A stretch of 55,087 nt of DNA, from NCBI RefSeq assembly GCF_001194135.2, contig NC_068987.1:53813233-53868319 (forward strand), in the 5' to 3' direction. This stretch comes from Octopus bimaculoides (Eukaryota). The position numbers were made by a program, and so were the translations under genes. Below the pieces are notes generated by a model. It was not told the origin of the DNA, searched no databases, and saw only the letters and a list, made by a program, of their open reading frames with translations. Within the stretch, counting starts at the first letter, position 1, and each line of letters begins with the position of its first letter. Shown one piece after another: positions 1-10,745 of the stretch.

Positions 1-102
1 ATATATATTTATTTAGAGAGACTGAAGACACGGATGCGCGCGCGCACATACACACATACACACACACACACACACGTGCACACGCACACACATGTATATA
101 TT

Positions 103-525
103 TGGGTGGTAAGTAGTTTGCATTTCAACCATATGGGTTCAGGTGCACGTTAGGCGTAGCACGTTAAGCAAGTGTCTTCTACTATAGGCTCCTATTATAG
201 CCTCAGACTGTCTACAGCTCTGTGAGTGGGTTCGGTAGACAGACATTGAGAGTAGCGTGTAGCATATTCATATCTTTATATATATTCATATGTATAAAGA
301 TATTTGTGTCTTTCGACCTGTATTTGTTCCCCACCACCGCTTGACAACTGGTATTAGAGTGTTTAGTCCCCGTACGTTAGCAGTCTGACGAAAGAGGACG
401 ATAGAATAAGTTCCAGGCTTAAATAATGTAAGTACCGGATTCGATTGAATCGACTAAAACTTCTTCGAGGCGGTGCCCTAGTATGTCCTTATTCTACTGA
501 TTGAAACAAGTAAAAGATAAAAAGC
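103..525 (+). mobile_element. tRNA-derived SINE, family 1 (tRNA head + CORE-like segment + microsatellite + conserved tail), diverged copy
   Basis: Head TGGTAAGTAGTTTGC...GGTTCAGG, then GCAAGTGTCTTCTACTATAG, a TA/TG tract, and tail CCACCACCGCTTGACAAC...GATAGAATAAG...TCGACTAAAAC...GGCGGTGCCC. The same modules recur at more than 8 other places in the window. Confidence 0.75.
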
Positions 526-859
526 AAAGAAAGATATAGATATATGTTTGTATGTACGTGTCTTTGTGTGCGCATGTGTGTGTGTGTTTGTGTGTGTCCA
601 TGTGCATATATGAATGTGTGAGCATACAAACGCAAAAAGAGAGAGCCAACCATTACCCGTGAGGGCGTTTAGCTTGGTAAGCTGCACTTCGCTTTTGCTA
701 TATCTACGGAGTCACGAGTCAACAGAGAAACGCTCACCACACCAGTACTCCTTGGTCCTATGACTCAAGCAGAATGAGACATCTGAAGGGAGAGAAAGAG
801 CTGCACCGGTTTTAAGATGATATTAATCTTCAGCTGAAGATGCGGGAACAACGTGAAAT

Positions 860-935
860 GAAGCGTCCTGTCCAAGAATTGAACTTACGACATTACGATC
901 GTAAGTTGAGCCCTAACCACTAGACTTCGCACCTT
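860..935 (-). mobile_element. tRNA-like SINE head (third family, fragment)
   Basis: Reverse complement reads GTGCGAAGTCTAGTGGTTAGGGCTCAACTTACGATCGTAATGTCGTAAGTTCAATTC, with A-box-like and B-box-like Pol III elements. Confidence 0.5.
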
Positions 936-1624
936 CTCTTACACGCGCGAACGCATGCAGGCGCGCACACATAGCTGGGGCTTCTCAGCTGAAGAGGAAT
1001 ATCATCTTGATACCGACAGCAGGGTACAAGTTACCACGCCCACTATCGAGTGATTGTGTGCTTTGTACATTTTATGTATTTAAATATATTTAGATATATG
1101 AGTGCGTTTATATACGTGTATCTTTATGTATGACTCAACTTGAAACGTATATCTACGTAACAATACCTCAAAAGGCACTTTCTCGGATGCTCGACTGATT
1201 TGACAACAGGAAGTACGAATGCTTCCCATCGAGAGCAATAAGTTATCAATAGAGATTCTAAAAAGCACAAGCAGACTCCTCTTCTGTATATAGCTTGCGG
1301 TATTTGTACCTCCTCTCTATATTCCGAGTTGAAGTCCTACCAAAGTGAACATTGTCTTTCATTCTATAGGGTGCATGCTGTGCACCCTATAAGTTGAAAG
1401 CCACATCAAGTAAACCACATAAGTACTGGATGCGACGTAATTGTGTAACTGACTCCAGTCAAATTTCATGATTTTAACTGAAATGTTTCTGAATTCAAAT
1501 CCCATCGGAGCTATTCAGTATTTCCTTTCATCCGTCCAGGCCTGATAACTTAAGGTACCTGTCAAATGGGATTAACATAATCGACTAATATTGATTTTAA
1601 CTTTTGACTCAAGGCCAGCTAGTT

Positions 1625-1753
1625 CGGAGTAGGGGTCGACTTATCTCGAAAGGGAATAAAGGCGAAGTCGACCTCAGTGTCTAAACGATAAGATAGACAC
1701 AATGCCACTAAAGTATTTCGCTTGGCATGCAAACGATTCTGCCAGCTCACCGC
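1625..1753 (-). mobile_element. tRNA-derived SINE, family 2, minus-strand copy
   Basis: Reverse complement GCGGTGAGCTGGCAGAATCGTTTG...GAGGTCGACTTCGCCTTTATTCCCTTTCG matches the plus-strand copy at 1788-1960 and the copies at 28440-28685 and 48335-48550. Confidence 0.7.
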
Positions 1754-1787
1754 TTTAGATTTGTATTAACATTAGAAACTAATAAAA

Positions 1788-1960
1788 GGCAGCGAGCTGG
1801 CAGAATCGTCAGGCAAAATAGTTAGCGGCATTTCGTCCGATTTAAGTTTTGAGTTCGAGTTTACCAGTATAAGTTGAGTACTGGGGTACCAGATGAGCAC
1901 TGGTGTCGACTTATCCTCTCCTCCAGAATTGCTGGCCTTGTGCCAAAATCTGAAATCAAT
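1788..1960 (+). mobile_element. tRNA-derived SINE, family 2
   Basis: GGCAGCGAGCTGGCAGAATCG...GAGTTCGAG...AGTACTGGGGTACCAG...GTCGACTTATCCTCTCCTCCAGAATTGCTGGCCTTGTGCCAAAATCTGAAA; the same tail occurs at 28480-28510 on the minus strand. Confidence 0.7.
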
Positions 1961-3576
1961 ATTAGAAACCAATATTTATTACACGGTTTGATTCGAAGGA
2001 AAATCCTTTATGGACTTCGTGGACTCCACACGAGTCCTGATATGGAAATGTATTTGATTTTCAGAACAACCACAAGGGGGTTTTTTCACCTCTCTGGTGC
2101 GAGGGTGGAGGGTGAAGATATCGAGAATATTATTTACTGTGGAGCCCAAGTATAGATGGAAATCAAGTTACGGAATATGGTGATACTTGCATGTAATGTG
2201 TGTTTGGGTGGTGGTATCACGAGACGAGCGAGATCTGTGGAACAGAAGTCACTATAGTGCTGTTTGTGAGAGCTGAAAACACAGCCATAGATGTCCTCAT
2301 GTTATATTTGTTGAGAATTAGGAACATAGCTAAATTAAATATTTTATTTGCAACCCCACCCCATGTCTTGGAGTAATGTGCTACAAGGACGTTTCTTTAA
2401 TTCGTAACAATGGTTACCTGCGTGTACTGTTGAAAGGGACAGACCGAAATGCAAAACAAGTACTTATATTGCGTTATAAAATGTCATAATCAAAGTGTTT
2501 TTAATTATTCACTTGGCCTGCTAGAAATTACAGTCAACTCACCCTGAAATCTTTGAATAGTGTAGTCCTATGTGTATTAGGTAAATGTTTGGAGGTTATG
2601 GTAAGAACACTTTTCACCATAGACATGCTCAATAAAAATTAAGCAAGCCTAATGTTCTTAAATAATAGTAATACGCGGAAAGTCATAACTATCGACGCCA
2701 GTCGATAGAATAAGCTACTTGAATGGTACGTTAATTATTGACCCTTAAAAACGAAAGGCAAAGTTGACTTCTACGTGATTTGAAATCAGAAGATGTAAAT
2801 CGGGGACAAATGACACTCTAACGATTCTGCTAATTGACCGACTTCGTTTGAACTTTAATAAGAAAGCTACAGAACGCAATGGAAACCGACATGTTCAAGC
2901 TGGAGAACAATGGTATCGATAATGAACCTTTCAGGGCCTACAACACTGATCTTATGAAAGCAGAATAATCTTTAACCAAAATGCTAGCCTCTAAGCTTGA
3001 AAGGTAATGCATTCCACTAAATGTGCAGCCAAAGATGCAGGCGGTGGTGTTGATCTGGTCGACAAATTAACTCTATGACCCAACAGAGAGTGACGGGCTC
3101 TTGGACAAGCAAATTATATAAGGTTCACTCACAAAGATTTGAACGACCGGATTCTAAATTACAAGCAATTTTTCCCAAGGTGATAAACTGAGAGATCGAA
3201 ATGGGAACCGGATGGTATCAACAAAGCAAGCATCTTAAACGCACAACTACGAATTTATCCATAAAAGTATGATGTAATTTACGTATGTCGCAATATGTTT
3301 TAAGTTCAAATGCTATCAAGGTCGATTTTACTTTCGTCCTTTAATACTCTATCGAATAACTAGCTGTCAATTACTGAGAGTAAACAAATCAATTACTTTG
3401 CTGCTCACTTGTCCTGTGCCAAAGATATATCATAGAGAATTACAATGCTACAGTTTCATGAACGCAATTTATCTTCATAACAAACCAGATACACATATGT
3501 ATATTGTATATATGTGTATAAGTATGTGTGTGCATACAATAATATTCACAGATATAAACCTATATTTGTATTTAAA

Positions 3577-3621
<45 letters not shown>

Positions 3622-3623
<2 letters not shown>

Positions 3624-3784
3624 TGTAGGAGTATGTCGAATGTGTTAACCGGGTAAAATCCCTGCCGAACCAGATATAACATCTTAATGGGTAATAGTTG
3701 GCACAGGGAACGTAAAAGATTTCACTACAAGGTTGAGTTAATTTCAACATGGAAAACACGAGCAATGCCGGGTTCAACAGCTAA
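3622..3784 (+). mobile_element. 3'-end fragment of a non-autonomous Helitron-like element (left arm of an inverted repeat)
   Basis: Ends CACGAGCAATGCCGGG-TTCAACAG-CTAA|T, i.e. a GC hairpin followed by a CTRR terminus. Identical to the reverse complement of 4930-5092 at 162 of 163 positions. Confidence 0.7.
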
Positions 3785-3786
3785 TA

Positions 3787-3819
<33 letters not shown>

Positions 3820-3863
3820 GCATAGAAATATATACATAGACACATACCCATATATATTATATG

Positions 3864-4724
3864 CAGCGTCCAATGTGTAAATTGTCAACATATCATATTT
3901 TGTATTTCGTGCATGTGCATTGTTTGTTCTTGATTTTGTATAGTACACAGTATAGTAGGATCATTTGGGCACCGTCTGTGAGAAAAGAAGCACAATGACG
4001 CAATTTACTCTGCCAGAAATTTGGAAAAGTCATGATGTACTGAATGGTATTCGCACCGGAAGCTCCATATGGACGTTTTGGGGTCTTTAGATGTTAATCT
4101 GAGGATAGCGCAATCTGAGGACATGTACTGAGAGTGATAAAATTCAAGCAGTGGTCACTAGTGATGGAAACGTTATGCCTCCATTGATCTTTGCACACGG
4201 CCTCAAACTCAACACGGAGGTCTACATCAAGTGGCTGGAGGAGTTACTGCTGCTCTGGGTGAAGAAGATGTCTGCTGGAAGATTCTATGTCTGGCAACAG
4301 GACTCTGCACCATGCCACACAGGCAGGTGAGCCCAGTCATGGCTGTCAGACAATTTCTGCGACAACATCACCCCTAACATCTGGCCACCTAACTCCCAAA
4401 ACTGCAACTCCCTTGGTTATAATGTGTGGAACACTGTTACGCCAGACACCACCAAAACTCCTGGTAACACCAAACATGAACTGAAGGCAAGAATTATGGC
4501 AGCATTCAGCAACTTAAGCAATAAGACCATTCAGAAGAGTTGCAAGAGATTCCGAAGTCGTCTGGAGACCGTGATGGAAGCTAAAGGCGATTTTATTGAT
4601 TGAATTTGCTTTTAAGTATTTCAAGATATTTTTATGTAAATTTGGTAAATATATCTGTTAAAATGAGATATCAGTGTTATGTTCATTTTTCCGTAATTTA
4701 GACGACAGTTTATTCACCGCACCT

Positions 4725-4726
<2 letters not shown>
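3864..4726 (+). mobile_element. Tc1/mariner-superfamily relic, maT (DD37D)-type, internally deleted
   Basis: 4148-4603 translates ...YVWQQDSAPCHTGR*AQSWLSDNFCDNITPNIWPPNSQNCNSLGYNVW...RFRSRLETVMEAKGDFID*. There are 37 residues between the second D and the position of the third D (now G). Degenerate TIRs at 3864-3889 and 4701-4726 match at 16/26, and TA follows 4726. Confidence 0.8.
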
Positions 4727-4767
<41 letters not shown>

Positions 4768-4929
4768 TGTTGTGTCTGGGGAGAGTCATTTTCTTATTGT
4801 GCCTGAAAATTTAACACACTCACCGGTAAAATTTCCACTTATTTTTATTTTTATTTTCCTAAAATTTTCGTTGCGTCTTGCAACCTTATCAATAGTCTTC
4901 ACTGTTCAAAAACGAAATATATATATATA

Positions 4930-5710
4930 TTAGCTGTTGAACCCGGCATTGCTCGTGTTTTCCATGTTGAAATTAACTCAACCTTGTAGTGAAATCTTTT
5001 ACGTTCCCTGTGCCAACTATTACCCATTAAGATGTTATATCTGGTTCGGCAGGGATTTTACCCGGTTAACACTTTCGACATACTCCTACATACTGGACCG
5101 TCTGAAATCTCAGTCAAACTTTTGGGTGTACTTCGACCCGTTGAGAGTAATTTTTGTTTATCTCTTTCCTCTTAATGCAACTCTGTACAAAATTGATCAG
5201 CGTGTCCAATCTCAACAAAATCCGAAGAAAAGTGTAAACGTTCTGTCATAAAATAGAATCCATGTGACCATTTATATAAAAATATAAAAGTTACGGCCCA
5301 AAATAAAATCCCTATGGTTACTTGCACGCAAAAAAGACTATTGATTTTATAAAACCACTCCTCATGCGCAATTATCGATTTTTTATCAACGCCATATACT
5401 GACATCAACTCACTGCTATGAGCCTCGCTCACTCATCGATTTTCATCAAAATCGGACAGAAAATGTGAAAGCTGCAGGAAAAAATAACATCGTTATGGGA
5501 ATTTCCATGCAAACGCCTGATTGAATCCACAAACTTCGATGCCAAATGAGCATTATTTAGTTTTCAAAAAATTCCAGCCTTATTTGATCTTCAGGTCGTG
5601 TGATCTACCTATGTGCCAAAAATCATTAAAATCGATTGAACGGTGAGGGAGGAGATAGAGTAGCCCCAAACACTCACACAGCCAGTCACCATTACAATTT
5701 ATATATGTAT
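4930..5710 (-). mobile_element. Non-autonomous Helitron/Helentron-like element (~780 bp)
   Basis: The minus-strand 3' end (hairpin + CTAA) at 4930 sits in a TA tract. The other end has AAAATCGATTGAACGGTGAGGGAGGAGATAG...CAAACACTCACACA, typical of such elements, and also abuts a TA tract. The 5' TC dinucleotide is not clearly preserved. Confidence 0.6.
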
Positions 5711-5968
5711 ATATATATATATATATATAATATGTGTCCATTTATATATATATATATACATATATAAATAGATGTGTCTATGTTTCCCTTGTTTACAATC
5801 AACACGGAAAAAATAGATAAATAGTTACCAGGGTAACAAAAAATCACACAAGTAAAAAATGCGTAACACCTTGTTTTTAAAGGTAGATCTCCGGGTTTAC
5901 ATGAAATATTCTGCAAAATGTATATAAATAAATAAAAGAAGTTAAACGCAAGTGTTATTCAAATTCTT

Positions 5969-6330
5969 TTACTTCCTCTGTTTGGTATTGGCGCATAAAT
6001 TAAAATTGATATCGTTTATATCCTTACAACTAGATTTCATGTCTCCATTGGTAAAGGTAGAATAAGATTGAATCGAATTAATGTAGGTAACTTTCTCTGT
6101 ATAACCTCCTTTAAGTAAGGCAGAGTTATAAAATTCAGCCTTATCAGTGAAAATGTCAACATTAGCAGATAACTTAGACAATCTAAATGAAATATTCTTA
6201 ACTAAGTTCCTAGCGATTGCCCTAAAATGATTACTTAATTGGATAATATACTTAAGATTGGTCGATGGTTTGTGGTATTGTCTCTGAGGTCAATTCCAAC
6301 AGAATTAAGTTTATGGCAAGTAACTCTAAA
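5969..6330 (-). mobile_element. Penelope-like element, RT C-terminal (thumb) fragment
   Basis: Minus frame reads YHKPSTNLKYIIQLSNHFRAIARNLVKNISFRLSKLSANVDIFTDKAEFYNSALLKGGYTEK, matching the PLE pattern Y(R/H)KP..SNHP...ISxRxSxLS....F......YxxAL..SGY. Confidence 0.75.
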
Positions 6331-6399
6331 ATTTAAAATTCTATATACCAGTGTAAAATTACTTCAGGTACCAATGTCTTTTTTATATATAGGTAGCTC

Positions 6400-7140
6400 T
6401 TCTTCTCAGTTATCTGAAAGTATTTCTAATCATTACTCTACATTTAGGGATAAGAATAAACGTAACAGTACAGGATTTAGTAAATTAATTCGGTATCTAA
6501 AAGACCATAATAAACAATTTAATTTAGATTGGTTGATTCTCTCAATTTCGTTCCCTTATGTTAAAGGCAAGGAATGTTGTATGCTCTGTAATTCTGAACT
6601 ATTTTTTATTCTTTTTTCTAAAAATCCCCTTATAAACAGGGTTATAAAAAGTGCTTACCGATGTAAACATTGGCAGAAACACAAAAGTAGTTCATATAAG
6701 TGATATCTATCATTATATATATTTAAACATTGATTTTCTTCTTACATTTCATTTTCGCTAGATATATCTTTTTCCAAGACTTTAGAGTTTTATTTAATTT
6801 GCATATCGTTCTATACTTCTCATTTATTCGGTTTCTGATTTTTTTCTTTCCTTTACCCCTGTTCTTTCTATAGGCTACCTTTGACGTTATAACCTCTAAC
6901 GTTTTTTCATTTAAATACTTAATAGCGTTCAGTTCATCACTTTACATATCTATCATATTCTGTTAAAATGTCTTATTGACGAGTTTTATTTCTTCATTTC
7001 CCTGAAGAGAAGATTACATTATTTTACATCATTTTATTCCTTTGGAATAATAACAATGATATCTTCGAAACATGTGTCGGAAGTAAAAGAATTTGAATAA
7101 CCTGAGTTAAACCTGCGATTAACTCCATTTATTCATTTAT
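6400..7140 (+). mobile_element. Penelope-like element, GIY-YIG endonuclease C-terminus plus 3'/pLTR region
   Basis: Plus frame reads SNHYSTFRDKNKRNSTGFSKLIRYLKDHNKQFNLDWLILSISFPYVKGKECCMLCNSELFFIL...RCKH (PLE N..H...F....STxLS..W..CxLC..E..CRH pattern). It is followed by an AT-rich 3' region containing a hammerhead motif. Confidence 0.75.
6996..7084 (+). ncRNA. Type I hammerhead ribozyme (minimal, PLE-associated form)
   Basis: Stem I ATTTCC (6996-7001) pairs with GGAAGT (7079-7084); core CTGAAGA 7002-7008; stem II GAAGAT (7009-7014) / ATCTTC (7061-7066); GAAA 7067-7070; short stem III with palindrome ACATGT; cleavage triplet GTC 7076-7078. Confidence 0.8.
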
Positions 7141-9144
7141 ATATATGCATATATATATGCATATATATATGCATATACATATAATAAATTCATGAGTGTG
7201 TGTGTGTGTGTTTTTGTGTGTGTATGTGTGTGTGTGAGCGTGTGCGTACGTATATATGTATAACTAAATGTGGTGGATCACTTCCAACAACCTTTGCAAA
7301 ATAAGGAAACAGATTACAATTAAGAAAACAAATTCATCCTCATATTTTATTCACTGAAATTATTTACTAAATTTTATATCTGTTTTTATATTTATATGTA
7401 TTTGTGTGCGCGCGCGTTTGTGTGCGTGCATATGTTAGTGTTTGTGTAGTATACCTGTGCGGCAGGTTTGCTTCTATGAGTACGGACATATGTGTGCTTA
7501 ATGCGCAAACAAGTGATTTAGTTGCTCTGTTTTGCAGTGAACATATCTATAAATATAGAGGATATCTTTATTATTTAATTCTTTTTTTTAGCCTATTAAC
7601 ATATAAACATATACATATGCATTTTATCATAATAATAAAATACGTGTCTGAGTTTCTTTTCTTAACAGAATATATCCATACATACATGCACACACAAACA
7701 CGCTAAGATACAGACGTATATTTAAACTTACCAAGTACGATCATAAAATATCCGTCTACACATATGTTTGTGTGTATATGTTTGTGTGTGTATGCATGTA
7801 TGTGTGGGTATATGAATGTTTATGCAAGTATGTGTACGTGCGTGTGTGTGTGTCCGTGCGCGCTTGTTTGCGTGTGTATCTGTCGTGTGTGTGTATGTAT
7901 GTGTGTATACGCGTCTATATATATGTCTGAGTGGATGTGTCTAATTTTTAATATCAGACTATCGGAGCTGTTTATTCGTTTATTTGCTATGTAACCTTTC
8001 CCTTTCCTTCCATTTTTCCTCGTGTCTTTCTTTCTTTCGTTTTTTGTTTGTTTGTTTCTTTTTTTTTTCTTTTGTCTTTCTTGGTATCACGAGGAATTCA
8101 GCAAGCATCAAATTGATTCTTCCGATAGACTTGGCACCAAAAATGAATTTACGTGTAACCACTCCTCAGAAGTGTCAATACATAACATTCTGTGTGTCCA
8201 TCCATGATTATAAAATATATCTCAAGAGTCTTCTCAATTATCTGTATCTCTTTTACTTTTCCTCGTTTTTCAAACTTTCCACTTTCTCTCTTTCTCACTG
8301 TTTCATGTCTCTCTTTCTCTCTCTCTCTCTCTCTNNNNNNNNNNNNNNNNNNNNNNNNNNNNNNNNNNNNNNNNNNNNNNNNNNNNNNNNNNNNNNNNNN
8401 NNNNNNNNNNNNNNNNNNNNNNNNNNNNNNNNNNNNNNNNNNNNNNNNNNNNNNNNNNNNNNNNNNNNNNNNNNNNNNNNNNNNNNNNNNNNNNNNNNAT
8501 ATATATATATATACATATGTGTCATTCCCCTCGTATTTCTTCAATCTTTCTCATCCACTTTCTCTCCCAGCCAGTCCTAACAAATAAAGCTTTTCATAAG
8601 ATTTCATACAAGATTTTGTTTTGGTTTGTTTCTGTTTTAAATATATATGCATGTTCTTTTTTGTCTTTTTATTTATTTGGGGAGGACTTTCTTGATATTT
8701 TAAAGGTTAATAATGAAAGTTGCAGCGTTTTTTTTTTTTATATTATGTTATTATTTACAAGTCACCTTATATTTCTTAAGTTATAGCAGAATACACTGTA
8801 AATATTTTTAATGAATTATTCCTATTCTATACCAACTTCTACTGAGACAAGATATATTAAGTTAAATTATTTTATAATCTACCTTTGTCTAACTCATGAA
8901 AAGTTTAATTTCTATTTTTTGAATAATTAAGTTTACTAATACATTCTGATAATAGAACAAATATCTCAGTTATTTTCTTTGATTCGATCCTAAAATTCCC
9001 GTTAAATTAGATATAGCACTAACCAGCGGCATCACCTTTAGCTTTTGTCATTCTGAGATGATAAATAACTTGCAAACCGAGTATTGGGAGCATGATACTA
9101 AATAGCAGATCCGCAATTTGTTCCAGTGACCTTTCATTATTCAA

Positions 9145-9293
9145 AGGGATGTAAGGTAATACTCAAGTAGAAGCAAAGGAAAGAAAGAGGATTTTAAGTT
9201 TTGAGTAAAGCTCTTCTTCAGAAATAGAGGAAAGTCCCAAAATAGGGAAGACGGAGGAAGAAAATCGCCAATGATTCACACATGGTTACATTT

Positions 9294-9335
<42 letters not shown>

Positions 9336-9830
9336 AACATCAGAGTAAATAAGCAATGACAGATATAAAACATATACATATACAACCGACGGGACACAGA
9401 CACAGAGTGTCCCTAATTCGTCATCGGTTTTCAGCTAAATGGTAATACTGAGTTTCGCATCTTTAATGATATGACTAAAGGCTTCCCATGCTGGGCTACC
9501 TGCGAAAATCGCAGAGAATAGATCCACAAGCAACCAAAACCAAAAAAGATGCAATTTGAGATGATGGACAAAGTTGAAATAAACAGAAAACGAGCCAAAT
9601 ACGGCCTTAGGGTCATTAGAACAAGAATAATGGGTAATGCTTAGAAGAAAAACTCCGAAAGATATAGAAAACACCAAATAGTAAGACGGGAAAACTTTTT
9701 TTGCGACGGGTCACGTGTCAGCAGATGGTAGGGGAGAAAGCGAGCGAGAGCGCGACAAAGAGGAAATAAGGGAAAAAATGGCGGTGGGAAGAGTAAGGAG
9801 AAAGAAAACCCCTGAGAGTGCTGAAGTGAG
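9145..9830 (-). mobile_element. Diverged non-autonomous repeat (probably PLE-related) with a decayed hammerhead motif
   Basis: Minus-strand TATTT-CTGAAGA-A-GAGCTTTACTC-AAAACTTAAAAT (9190-9227) and its flank resemble 10580-10650. Segments in 9560-9730 (AGGGTCATTAGAAC, GACGGGTCACGTGTCAGCA) resemble the reverse complement of 42215-42400. Confidence 0.4.
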
Positions 9831-9833
9831 AAG

Positions 9834-9876
<43 letters not shown>

Positions 9877-10066
9877 TGGAATTGGACAGGACAGGCTAGA
9901 AATAGAAGCAAGAGAGCGAGAGTGAAAATGCAAGACTAGTGTCACACAGATATATATATATATATATAAACCTACTGTTAATAAAAAGTGATGTACGCGC
10001 GTACCGTTACTTAAAAAAAATCATAGTATATAATAAACAACAACAAATAAATAACATACGGGTGTA

Positions 10067-10283
10067 CAGGGTCGCCCAAAAGTAGGTTTACAGTTTTCAC
10101 GTAGGCACTTTTAATTTCTTCTAAAGCATTTTATTACATTTAAATTTCTATTTTACAAACTGAAAAGGGAGCTGGACAAAATTAACTATATTAGCATATT
10201 TTTATAATTAAGATCTAAACTGTTAATATATGAATGCGAAAGAGATCGCTGAATAACTGTAAACCTATGTTTTGCCCATCCTG
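10067..10283. mobile_element. Tc1/mariner-type MITE, 217 bp
   Basis: TA|CAGGGTCGCCCAAAAGTAGGTTTACAGTT ... AACTGTAAACCTATGTTTTGCCCATCCTG|TA; 29-bp TIRs match at 23/29, with TA on both sides. Confidence 0.8.
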
Positions 10284-10285
10284 TA

Positions 10286-10706
10286 TATATACTCTCTTTT
10301 ACTCTTTTACTTGTTTCAGTCATTTGACTGCGGCCATGCTGGAGCTCCACCTTTATGCGAACAAATCGACCGCAGGACTTATTCTTTGTAAGCCTAGTAC
10401 TTATTCGATCGGTCTCTTTTTGCCGAACCGCTAGGTTACGGGAACGTGAACGCACCAACACCGGCTGTCACGCAATGGTGGGAGGGGGAAAACACAGACA
10501 TATACACACTGTATGATAGATCGCTGACCAAACCATTCAATTTTTTTTCTCCGTGGTTTTCTCCTTGTCTTCTCCGTATTCTTTCTGCTGAAGAGCGTAG
10601 CTCGAAACGTTAAAGACTTTCTGTATTCCCGAGCGTTAAACTAATACATCCTTTTGTTGTTTACACCACCTGTCCTCGTCTGTTGTTGTTTTTTTCGTAA
10701 ATTCTC

Positions 10707-10745
<39 letters not shown>

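Noticed and set aside
1874-2155. 93-aa ORF
   Set aside because: It starts inside a SINE tail and has no recognisable motif.
9023-9160. Minus-strand 138-nt phase 1-1 exon candidate (LPYIPLNNERSLEQIADLLFSIMLPILGLQ...)
   Set aside because: The acceptor is a rare GAG, its pyrimidine tract belongs to the hammerhead-bearing repeat, and no homology was recognised.
9700-9830. Promoter-like E-box GTCACGTG and YY1-like AAAATGGCGG with ORF MAVGRVRRKK
   Set aside because: The surrounding sequence resembles the repeat at 42.2-42.6 kb, which also contains GGTCACGTGT, and it runs into (GA)n. It is better explained as a repeat.
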